64,000 bases of DNA from Eledone cirrhosa. Taxonomy: Eukaryota. A program made the position numbers and the translations under genes. Every line of letters begins with the position of its first letter. The first letter of the stretch is position 1. The DNA lies in assembly GCA_964016885.1 (NCBI GenBank), contig OZ024741.1:155124001-155188000 (forward strand), read 5' to 3'. This document shows, one piece after another, positions 13,890 to 25,238 of the stretch. Under the pieces are notes generated by a model. It saw nothing but the letters and a program-made list of their open reading frames with translations, had not been told where the DNA came from and made no database searches.

Positions 13890-14180
13890 CTATATATATA
13901 TATATATATGACTCAGAGGTGGGTGAGCAATGTAGCAGCATGCTACTACGTCCGTCTCTGGGTCAAAAGCATAGCACATACTTTTCCCTCTTTGTTTCTC
14001 TTTGCTTGTTTCCTTAAAGCTTACCATCATTCCATTGGTATGCATCTATTACACAAGATACACCTGATGAAGTCACCGGGTTATTACGCAACCTGGCCAC
14101 TGAAATGTGTATAGTGTTTACAGTAATAAAAAATTAAGGAAATTCAACATGTTTGGCCTCCTGTCATTTCACTTTATAAT
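13890..14180 (+). mobile_element. Hammerhead-containing short insertion (Penelope pLTR/retrozyme-like) in (TA)n
   Basis: About 290 bp between TA runs; HHR followed by AATAAA. Confidence 0.6.
14060..14117 (+). ncRNA. Type I hammerhead ribozyme motif
   Basis: acac-CTGATGA-agt(...ccgggtt/aacctgg...)act-GAAA-tgtgta-TA-gtgt: intact core, stems I and II pair. Confidence 0.75.
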
Positions 14181-15321
14181 ATATATATCATTAAAAAATC
14201 ACATGAGATGTATAAAGGAAACAGAAAACTTGGAAAGTACTGGCACATGGAGAGTTCCTGTTCATCATCTATCTCCTAAGAATCATAGTTTCAGATGTCC
14301 ACGAGCCTCTCCTTTCCAAGTTTTCTTTTTCCTTTATATGTCCCACATATTTTTAATGATATCCTTGTAACCAACACAGCCAGATTTTTAAATCAAAACT
14401 GTTATATATATATAAATCAGGATGGATTCAGTTTGAAACTGGTTAGACCATTACTCAACAGAGTACACGATACTTGGGGTAGTAGAGTATGGCTATATTA
14501 TAAAGAGTTAGGACCCTGATTCTTTATAATATATATATCATGTATCTGTGTATATCATGACTCGTACACTGTTCACTTTCCTTACGTTTGTACATTATTC
14601 TATGTACTATACTTGCACCTTTGATGAGTTGTGGTGCACCTGAGCACTGTACACACTCATTTTCATTATTATGATGTCATTGTAAGTTCATATTGTTTTC
14701 CCATTACAAAAGAAATTTTACCTTTGAATTATAAGGAATTTGTTACATTACATGTTCCCAGAATTGAGTCTTTAGAGTATCTGAGGGCTGATAAAATTTA
14801 TATTTTTTATTTGAAAATCAGTATGGGTTCAAATGTCATCAGAGGCTGCTTCTATCATGCCTTTGCTTATTACTAGTTCATATTTCATCTTTTCTTAAAT
14901 TTGGAGAGGGTCACCAATTTGTAGAGAACAAACATTGAGGTATTAAATAGATAAACCGTAAATGTGGTTGTCGTTAGGTAGGGCATCCAGCCATAGAAAC
15001 CAAGCTGAAACAGCTCAAATTTCGGTGAGGTTAACTTTTCCTTCACCCATTTAAGGTTGATAAAAACTGAGCGAGTCCCTTGAAAAGCCTGATGGATAAG
15101 GTGCAAGTGCAATGATCTTGCATTTTTTCTACATAGCACAAATGAAACTACCAACAGTTGGGACTGGAAGAATTATTCGTATACATTTATCTACTTTTTC
15201 TTCTTACTTATAATTTACATTTAGCTCCGATTAGTTGATTATTTATTTAGCTAATTTCTCTTGACTACAAAGAAAAGTTAGGTTAATTTTGTCTGTCTGT
15301 TCTTCACACTTATAATTATAT

Positions 15322-16232
15322 ACTGGCTGATGCTGCCCTTTTACAACAAGACCTGGATGCCATATACACATGGGCTGAGGACAACAACATGCAGTTTAAT
15401 GCTGAAAAATTTCAAACCCTACAATACCAAGCTACAGGCACAAAGACAATATAACAGCTACACCAGACCAGGAGGGATCAAAATCCCCGTGTCGAAATCG
15501 ATACGAGATCTGGGGATAGACACGAGCGCCGATGCTTCTTTTTCTTCACACATCATGAGGGTGGCGCCAATGTGCAGACGACTTGCTGGCTGGATCTTGA
15601 GGACTTTCCGGACAAGAGACCGAGAGACCATGTTGATACTATGGAGGACATTTGTCCTAAGCCAACTGAACTACTGCTCCCAACTGTGGTCACCCTATAT
15701 TATCAAACTAACCACGGAGCTTGAGGCAATCCAAGGAAGCTACACCAAGGGGATTGACACAATGCAGGAGATGAGCTACTGGGAGAGGTAAAAGAACTGA
15801 AACTCTACACCTTGGAGTGAAGAATCGGAGAGATACGCAGTGATCTATATGTGGAAAATCCTGGAGGGACTAGCACCAAACATTGGCATTGAGAGCTGAA
15901 CGAACCCCTGAACAGGACATCACTGTGTGGTGCCAAAGGTCCCATCTTTCACATCTAGAATAAGGAACAGATATTGCAATAGCCTGGGGTTCAATGGGCC
16001 TCAACTCTTTAACAAGCTGCCAAGAAATTTGAGAGATCTGCATGGTGTGGACATGGTTGTTTTCAAGAAACATCTTGTCACTCTGCTATCCAGGATCCCA
16101 GATGAGCCCACGGTATGAAGGCAGCAACAAACTCCCTCTTACACCAATGACCAGGCAACACAGGCTGGAGATAGAATGTGCAGCAACAAGGACAGTGCCT
16201 CAGCATGGCCTCAGCCGGATGGCTGGAACAGG
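15322..16232 (+). mobile_element. CR1-type LINE 3' fragment
   Basis: LLQQDLDAIYTWAEDNNMQFNAEKF, DLGI, LNYCSQLWSP, LFNKLP motifs; frameshifted. Confidence 0.85.
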
Positions 16233-16375
16233 TAAAAGAGTGATACATATATGTATGTATTGTATATTTGGCAATATACCGTATGTTTAATTAAAAACAT
16301 TTTGAAGACCATACGCTATCGGTTTTAAAGTAGTGACTATGTCACTTACTTCTTTTCAGCGAAAGAAGGGAGAGA

Positions 16376-16416
16376 AGCTAACAGTCTGTTTCACGCTGTT
16401 GGCGATCATCAGAGCC
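16376..16416 (-). ncRNA. Type I hammerhead ribozyme motif
   Basis: Minus strand ggct-CTGATGA-tcgc caaca gcgt-GAAA-cag a ctg-TT-agct. Confidence 0.75.
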
Positions 16417-16504
16417 ACGCACTCCCTATGTATTCATATAGATGTATATATGTGTGTGTCTATATATGGTTTTTATTTGTAATTTCCTCTCTGTTCTTTT
16501 TTAG

Positions 16505-16695
16505 ACATACACTGTGAGTTCAGAATCAAAATACCTGATGATATATGGGGTCCCTGTGAACCGAGGCCCTGATCTTGCTCCTCTTTTTAGTATCCATGGC
16601 AAAATTGAGGAGCTCCGTGGAATTGGGGAGTATTCCAAGAAAGAGGAGTTTACTGAAGTTTTCCTCCTCAAATACAAACACATTCAGTCTGCCCG
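16505..16695 (+). CDS. RBM48: RBM48 coding exon 2 (RRM: TYTVSSESKYLMIYGVP...EEFTEVFLLKYKHIQSAR)
   Basis: Pyrimidine tract plus TAG acceptor, CG|GTGAG donor; sequence parallels vertebrate VYTINLESQYLLIQGVP...EDFTEVYLIKFMNLQSAR. Confidence 0.93.
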
Positions 16696-16763
16696 GTGAG
16701 AATGATCAGAATTCTTTTTTTTCATTTCACTTGTGTTATGTGATTACTAGAATGTCCAACTAT

Positions 16764-18660
16764 CTATATACTGTGTGATAGTTAATGTATATAACAGTCT
16801 ATATGTTGTGATGGCTAGTGTATACAACAGGCTATATACTGTGTGATAGTTAATGTATATAACAGTCTATATGTTGTGATGGCTAGTGTATACAACAGGC
16901 TATATACTGTGTGATAGTTAATGTATATAACAGTCTATATGTTGTGATGGCTAGTGTATACAACAGGCTATATACTGTGTGATAGTTAATGTATATAACA
17001 GTCTATATGTTGTGATGGCTAGTGTATACAACAGGCTATATACTGTGATGGTTAGTGTATACAACAGGGTATATACTGTGGTTGTTAGTGTATATAACAG
17101 TCTATATGTTGTGATGGCTAGTGTATACAACAGGCTATATACTGTGTGATGGCTAGTGTATACAACAGGCTATATACTGTGTGATAGTTAATGTATATAA
17201 CAGTCTATATGTTGTGATGGCTAGTGTATACAACAGGCTATATACTGTGTGATGGCTAGTGTATACAACAGGCTATATACTGTGTGATAGTTAATGTATA
17301 TAACAGTCTATATGTTGTGATGGCTAGTGTATACAACAGGCTATATACTGTGTGATGGCTAGTGTATACAACAGGGTATATACTGTGGTTGTTAGTGTAT
17401 ATAACAGTCTATATGTTGTGATGGCTAGTGTATACAACAGGCTATATACTGTGTGATGGCTAGTGTATACAACAGGCTATATACTGTGTGATGGCTAGTG
17501 TATACAACAGGCTATATACTGTGTGATAGTTAATGTATATAACAGTCTATATGTTGTGATGGCTAGTGTATACAACAGGCTATATACTGTGTGATGGCTA
17601 GTGTATACAACAGGGTATATACTGTGGTTGTTAGTGTATATAACAGTCTATATGTTGTGATGGCTAGTGTATACAACAGGCTATATACTGTGTGATGGCT
17701 AGTGTATACAACAGGCTATATACTGTGTGATGGCTAGTGTATACAACAGGCTATATACTGTGTGATAGTTAATGTATATAACAGTCTATATGTTGTGATG
17801 GCTAGTGTATACAACAGGCTATATACTGTGTGATGACTAGTGTATACAACAGGCTATATACTGTGTGATAGTTAATGTATATAACAGTCTATATGTTGTG
17901 ATGGCTAGTGTATACAACAGGCTATATACTGTGATGGTTAGTGTATACAACAGGGTATATACTGTGGTTGTTAGTGTATATAACAGTCTATATGTTGTGA
18001 TGGCTAGTGTATACAACAGGCTATATACTGTGTGATAGTTAATGTATATAACAGTCTATATGTTGTGATGGCTAGTGTATACAACAGGCTATATACTGTG
18101 TGATAGTTAATGTATATAACAGTCTATATGTTGTGATGGCTAGTGTATACAACAGGCTATATACTGTGTGATAGTTAATGTATACAACAGGCTATATACT
18201 GTGGTTGTTAGTGTATACAACAGGCTATGTACTGTGATGGTTAGTGTATACAACAGGCTATATACTGTGATGGTTAATGTATACAACAGCCTATATACGG
18301 TGATGGTTAGTGTATACAACTGGGTGTATACAGTGATGGTTTGTGTATACAACAGGCTATATACGGTGATGGTTAGTGTATATAACAGGCTACATACTGT
18401 GATGGTTAGTGTATAGAACAGGCTATATACTGTGGTGGTTAGTGTATACAACAGGATATATACTGTTGTGGTTAGTGTATACAACAGGGTATATACTGTG
18501 ATGGTTAGTGTATACAACAGGGTATATACTGTGATGGTTAGTGTATACAACATGCTATATACTGTGATGGTTAGTGTATACAGCAGAGTATATACTGTGA
18601 TGGTTAGTGTATACAACAGAGTACATATGGTGATGGTTAGTGTATACAACAGGCTACATA
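16764..18660. repeat. Minisatellite, 33/35-bp units (~57 copies)
   Basis: ctatatactgtgatggttagtgtatacaacagg-like unit; 68-bp dimer periodicity in the 5' part. Confidence 0.97.
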
Positions 18661-18767
18661 CTACTTTACTGTGTGAACTGGGGTGGGGGAGGTGCGAGGG
18701 CATTAGAGAAGTAGATCTAGGGTGGAGGACTTATCTGGTGATGGGTTAGGTGTAGAGATGTGATATA

Positions 18768-19916
18768 TGAGGGAAAGTCAAAAATTATCTGCACTCTTGT
18801 TTTTTCAATTTATTTACACAAAAGCAGGGGTTAAACAAGTACATAATTTTTCTACATTGTGTATTCTCTCCAAGAAGCTTTTCGGTTGGTCACGCAACCA
18901 TTTATACACCGCTTCCTGACCTTGTAAAAAAGATGATAATCTTTTTGGACCCCTCAAAGATGCTTTACGAGATTGTTGCAAGGCTGTAGGGAGGGTGTTC
19001 CAAAACCTCAAAACCCAATTGGCTTCAATGGTCTGGCTAGCCGAATGTGGACATGCATTGTCGTGCAACAACAAAACTTTGACGATTGGCTTTGGCGTTT
19101 GGTACAAATTGCTAGCTTTAGATTGTTGGTCAGCAAAGCACTGTATCTTGCACTGTTGATCATACACTCCTTCCAGTACAGGCCCTTTTGAGTCTCCCAA
19201 AACGGTTAACGTTACCTTTCCTGCTGAAGATTGGGTTTTGAATTTCTTGGTTGCTGGTGAGCCAGGATATTTCCTCTCAATACTCTGTCTTTTGGACTCT
19301 GGCCCATAGTTATGGACCTACGTTTCATCTCTTGTGACTATTCTGCTAAAAAAATCTTTGCCGTCATTGTTGTAGCAGTCAAGTAACCATTTGCAGACCT
19401 CCACATGTTTCCATTTGTGCTCTGTGGTAAGCTCTCTTGGCGCCCATTTTACACAGACGTTTTGGAAGCCAAGCTTGTCATGGATGATTTGAGAGGCAGA
19501 ACCACAACTAATTTGCAGAGCGTATGCTACCTCATTGATGATAACCTGCTGGTTCACCATTACCATCTCTCAAGCTTGCTGAATCTTCTTTTCAGTGATG
19601 GAGCTTGACGGGTGTCCTGCTCCTTCTTCATGCATCATGCTTGTCCGGACACTTTTAAAATTCTTGATCTACTCATGGTAGTGCACTGTCACCTTATTGT
19701 GTGAAAAGCCTCCAATGAATTTCAGCCCCTGACACACTTTCCGACACTGCTAGCTGAGTGGCCATGTTTACACTGTTAAAGCTGCAAGAAAACTGGAGTG
19801 ACCATGCTCAAACTTCAATCACGTGACCAACTATAATCATGCATGTGCAGAAGGCAGTGTGACAAACCTAAAGATATGTTATGGCAAAAGTGCAGATTAA
19901 TTCTTACTTACCCTCG
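18768..19916 (-). mobile_element. Decayed mariner transposon
   Basis: TA-flanked TIRs (tgagggaaagt... / ...acttaccctcg); WAPRELT, RIVTRDET, LLHDNACPH motifs with stops. Confidence 0.9.
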
Positions 19917-20068
19917 TATATATGTAATATGTATATATATATATATATATACATTCATGATAGGACTGGGGCCCTATCATTAAAACACTCAAGAAACCAC
20001 TGAGACTAGCTAAAATGGCACAGTTGTGAGTGTAGATTTCATTTCATTCTATTTCTTTTAACTTTCAG

Positions 20069-20214
20069 TTATGCGAAAAGGAAAATGGATGACTTGTCTT
20101 TTTTTGGTGGTTTTCTCCATGTCTGTTATGGTCCGGAGTATGAGACTGTGGAAGAGACGCGCCAGAAACTCCAAGACAGGCGAAAAATTATTGCACTAAA
20201 AACTAAGAAACATG
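20069..20214 (+). CDS. RBM48: RBM48 coding exon 3 (YAKRKMDDLSFFGGFLHVCYGPEYETVEETRQKLQDRRK...)
   Basis: tttcag acceptor, phase 2 compatible with exon 2; conserved AKRKMD..SFFGG.LHVCY.PE.ETVEETR.KL motif; donor G|GTCAGA. Confidence 0.93.
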
Positions 20215-21094
20215 GTCAGATTTCTTTTTCTTCTTCACATTTAAAAAAACAATTTTTTTTTCTGCTCGGTGATTCAAGATTATATAATTTAAGAGAGAGG
20301 GTTGAGGAACCTTTTTAACCTTTACAGTTATTTAAGTTAAAGTTAAAGTCTGTTCTAAGCTGAAGGCTTATCAGTGTCAGGCCAGTGCTTATCTCCAGTT
20401 TCCTTGCTTCTAAGTGACTGAGAGTACAAGACTCTGTCTGGATAGGATCTGGTCTATTGCATGTTTAACTCCCTAGCTACTGCTGATATTCATTTCAGCT
20501 GAGTATACTGGAGCAATATGAAATAAAGTATTTTGCTCAGGAACACTATGCAGCAGCCTGTCCAGGAATTGAACCGATGACATTTTGATTGAATGTCAAA
20601 CATCCTAACCATTAGGCTATGTGCCTTCATGCAAACAGTCATGTTTAGTTAAAAGAAAAAAAAAAGAAAAATAATTGAGACTATCAGAGCTGCATTATAG
20701 AGGTTAACTTTGCCTTTCTTCCTTACGGGGTCGATCAAATAAAGTACCAGTAATGCACTGAGATAATTGCTGGCCTTGTGCCAAAAGTAGAAACAATTAT
20801 ATATTATAAACAAAAATACATAAAAAAGGAACATGATTTTAGCTAACTTTTTTTCTGACATAATGTAAGATTTTTGGTTTAGAATCTTATCTGCAATTGC
20901 TTCAATGTCCAGATCATTTTAATACAAGATAGCACCCTGGTGTAAATGCCACACTAAAATGCACTCAGTGTACTCTGCAAGTGATAGTGCTCATGCCATG
21001 ATAAAATGTACCCAGCCCACTCTGTAAAATGGTAGTGTCAGTTACAAGATAAAATGCAGCCAGCCCATTAAACAGGGTGTATTGGGTGCTGATC

Positions 21095-22390
21095 ACCACT
21101 GTCAGCTCTTCTGCATACAGCGCCCAAGCCTCACTACCATGTGCCATTGCTATTTGCATACACATCATACAATCTGCCCTTTGTTTTGAGGGACAAACCT
21201 TTTTCTAGCTAGCAGCAGTAGTAGCTCGCTGAACTTTTTCCATCCTGTTCTCACTCTGGCTATTGTACTTTTGGAACACCCACCTCCACTGCTGATTTGG
21301 TGACCTAGGTAGCAGAAGCTGTCAATTGCGTCTATAGAACCTTCCAAGAATTTGATAGTACTTGTTTCCTGTGGGTGTTTTCTGCTGGCTGCTCCTGTGC
21401 AACGGATACATGTAAAACTTATGTTCTTAGCTACCTGAAATCCCACTACATCGCTTGTGTATCCATAGTTTGTATTTGAGATAAAGGATGGAATTTCTAC
21501 CTATGCCTTTCCTACACACTGAGCAAGACCATTTCCTTGAGGGGATCAGGGTCCTGTGTTCCCTTCATCTTACTAGGACCTCAGTCTTTGCCAAGTTGAC
21601 TTTAACACCCTTTGATTCTAGGCTATGCTTCCAGATTTGGATTTCTTCTCTAACTCTGCCATAGGTTCAACGATAAGTGTTAGATTATCTGCTTACATGT
21701 GTTGTAGCCTTAGTAGAGCCCTGGTAGACACATACCTGCATGCTAAATTCTTCACTATAGTCATTGTTAATCAACTTTGCTGACTGCTCCTCTATACATG
21801 GCTTGTAAAGCTTTCACAAACCACTCATATATTCCTAATTTTCTTAGAGCACATCAAATTATGGTACGGGGGACTCTCTCAAACAAACACTTTCTCCAGA
21901 TCAACAAATGCCGAGTAGCGGGGCTTACCTTTAACTAAGTACTTCTCCTGTAGTTACTTCACAAGGAAGAGGGCATCAGTTGTACTTTTACCTGGCACAA
22001 ATCTGAACTGCATCTTACTTAGGTTAACATGGTCCCTAATAAGCTGTGCAATAACATTTTCTGTTACCTTCATCACCTGATCCATATACTTGGTGCCTGT
22101 ATAGTTTTCTCTATCTATGGTATCTCCTTTACCCTTGTAGCAGTTGACAATGATGCTGCTATGCCTATCATTCTGTATGACACCATTTGGTATTACTTGG
22201 TTTACAATATAAATGGTTAGGGTGTGACCCACTGTCCCAGATGCTTTCAGCATATCCTCAATTGCCTTACTTACCATGCTGCTGTTGACTTGTACAGCTG
22301 GTCCCTCTGGGGTAGACGATTTTGTTCCTATCCATTCTCCTCATTCACTAATCTTTCATAATGGCTCTTCTTTGCTACTTTCTTTTTAAG
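21095..22390 (-). mobile_element. Decayed RTE LINE fragment
   Basis: CYKGKGD, ARVRTGWKKF, HGSEAW motifs. Confidence 0.9.
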
Positions 22391-22407
22391 TGCGCCTTTA
22401 TATATAT

Positions 22408-22655
22408 AGGGCATCCAGCTGTAGAAAACCCGCCAGACAGTCCACGCTGTAATGTGGCCGTGTAGGCAACACGGTAAAAACCTCCCAGCCCCACACTGTA
22501 AATGTGGTTGGTGTTAGGAAGGGCATCCAGCTGTAGAAAACCCGCCAGATAGTCCTATGCGAGCAAGACAATCACTCTTGCCTCAAGTGGGAAAACCCCC
22601 GTCCAAACCCATGCAAGCGTGGAACACGGACGTTAAACGATGATGATGATGATGA
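22408..22655 (+). mobile_element. RTE 3'UTR fragment
   Basis: Matches 3400-3621; (GAT)n tail. Confidence 0.85.
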
Positions 22656-22858
22656 TATATATATATATATATATAGTTTCTTAATATTGATACTCCATCT
22701 AATACCATAATGTAATACCTTATGGTACCTACAGTGTGGGTACCATACGTCTGATTACACCATAGTTAGTTGATTGCTTGGATTAACTAACACTTATTAA
22801 CGAAATATATATATATATATATATATGTATTTTTACATGGTTGATTATTTATTTGCAG

Positions 22859-23593
22859 AAGAAGAAAGCAGAAGCCATAAGGTAAAACCGAATACCCTGG
22901 TGGAGGATGGGGCAGATTCAATAAAGAAAGCTGCCCCTTCACAATTGTTCCAGTACCAACAGCAGCAGCAATGTGGACAAGAACCCCTGGCCACAGTTCA
23001 TAATACACCTTCAGTAACATTGCCTTGTCTTAATGTCCCACCCCCGAATTTGTCCTTACCACCACCATCACTACTTCCACCACCACCTCCACTGATGTCA
23101 TCATCACAATCACCAATGTTTTCATTACCACCACCTCCACCACCATCATTAACTAATGATTTCCAAGGCAGTTCCAATGGCTCTGGTTCTTACACCAGCC
23201 CCTGTCTCCAAATTCCTTTGCCTCAAACTCCATATTATTCTAATACTACAATGGCGACAGAGAAGTTGTGGCTGGAACCACCTCCACAGTACTGTAGCTC
23301 AACACTGAGTCACAACATAAACTCCAGCAACACCTGCTTTGCAAGAGTTCCTTCAGCTCAGGCCACATTCCCTCCTAATTTCGATGCTAGGCTTCCTTCA
23401 GCCGAATCCACATTCCCACCAAAGTTTAAAGCCAGAGATTTTTCAGTCCAAACCACATCCATCACGAAGTTTGAGGCCAGAACTAACATTGGTTCTGATT
23501 CTGTGAAACTGTTTCCACGCCAAGCCAAAGTAAAGTTAGTGTCGGACATCAACAAATCCCAAGTCAATGATAAACACTCGCATAAATTAACAG
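22859..23593 (+). CDS. RBM48: RBM48 coding exon 4 (Pro/Ser-rich region)
   Basis: ttgcag acceptor and CAG|GTAAGT donor, phases 1/1 fit both neighbours; 735-nt open frame. Confidence 0.8.
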
Positions 23594-23647
23594 GTAAGTG
23601 TGATACAAGTGACAGGCTTTTTCTTCATTTGATTTGTTTTTTATTGA

Positions 23648-24428
23648 ATGGAGACAATATAAGATGGATATCAGAGACAATATGAGGAAGATGTCAAAGA
23701 CAAAATAGGATAAATATCAGAGACATTATAGGGTGGATATCAGTCACAATATAGGGTGGATATCAGAAAGAATATAGAGTTGATATCAGAGACAATGTTG
23801 ATTGGATATCAGAGACAATATAGAATAAATATCAATGAAAATATAGAGTAGTTATCAAACAATGTAGGGTAGATATCAGAGAATATAGGGTGGATATCAG
23901 AGAAATGGGGTAGATATCAGCAACTGTATAGAGAAGATATCAGACAATATTGGGTAAATATCAGACAATATAAGGTGGAAATCAAAGACATGGGTTAGAT
24001 ATGAGATAGTTTAGGGTAGATATCTGGCAATATAATATAAATATTAGAAAACAGTATAAGGTGGATATCTGGGACAATATAGGGTAGATATCAGACATTA
24101 TAGTGTGGATATCAGAAACAATATACAGTAAATATTAGAGATAATATAAGATTGATATCAGAGACAATATAAAGGGGATATCAGAGACAATATGGGATGA
24201 ATAACAAACAATATAAGGTGTGGATATCAGACAATATATGGTACATATTAGAGACCCTATGGGGTGGATTAGAAACAATATAGAATAGATATCACAGACA
24301 ATATAGGGTAGATATCGGAGACAATATAGAGTGTGTATCAAAGACAATATGAGGTAGTTATCACAGACAATATAGGGTAGATAGCAGAGACATGGGGTAG
24401 ATATCAGGGACAATATATGGTAGATAGG
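23648..24428. repeat. Degenerate ~23-bp minisatellite (agagacaatatagggtagatatc)
   Basis: Tandem imperfect units directly after exon 4. Confidence 0.85.
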
Positions 24429-24752
24429 ATCTTGCCAAATACAAGTTTACCTCTCCACTGCTGGTGCCATGATAAAATGCTGTACACTTTGTAAAATCGT
24501 CCCAGCACTACCATTTTACAAAGTGTGCTAGGTGTATTTTGTTATGGTACCAGCACTACAACTTTATAGAGAGCACTAGGTGTATTTTATTATGGCACCA
24601 ATGCTACCATTTTACAGAGTGTACTTGGTACATTTTATCATGACACCAGTACTATTACTTTGCTGCTATTGCTAAGCTGGTGGTGGTTGTGAGTGGGTCA
24701 TATCACATGACCATTCCACACCAGAATTGATGGCATTTTCTTATCTTTTCAG

Positions 24753-25048
24753 GCCCACCTAAGACTTCATCATCATCATCATCAATAGTTTTATCCAAAG
24801 ACAGATCTAATGTTGTTATACGAGAATTCAAGAAATCAACGTGTCCCAGGTTTATTCCACGCCAAGCAGCTGTATATTCCAAAACTGATCAGAAGAAGGA
24901 TGGTCTAAACAAGGCAATTCGGTCAAGTGCTTTAATACTAGGTGATGTGCAGGGTGCTGAGAGACCTCACCATCTTGTACCTCTTGACAAAGATATTCAG
25001 AAGTCGATCGATGAAACACGGAAAGAAATCAGAAAGCGTGTTCTTCAG
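24753..25048 (+). CDS. RBM48: RBM48 coding exon 5 (GPPKTSSSS...PRFIPRQ...SIDETRKEIRKRVLQ)
   Basis: ttttcag acceptor, CAG|GTAACT donor, open in phase; RF.PR motif and C-terminal S...T...IR motif as in RBM48. Confidence 0.85.
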
Positions 25049-25238
25049 GTAACTCAGTCTTTTCAATTTTTTTTCATTCAGCTGCAGGCATAGCTGTGTA
25101 GTTCTGGGTTCGGTCCAGCTGCACGGCACTTGAGGCAAATGTCTTCTATTATAGTCTCTGGTTGACCAATACCTTGTGAGTGGAATTTGGTAAACAGAAA
25201 CTACAGAAGTCTGTTATATATATATATATATATATATA

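Noticed and set aside
16764-18749. CRISPR-like periodicity and repeat ORFs
   Set aside because: Contiguous tandem units with no unique spacers, no cas genes, eukaryotic context
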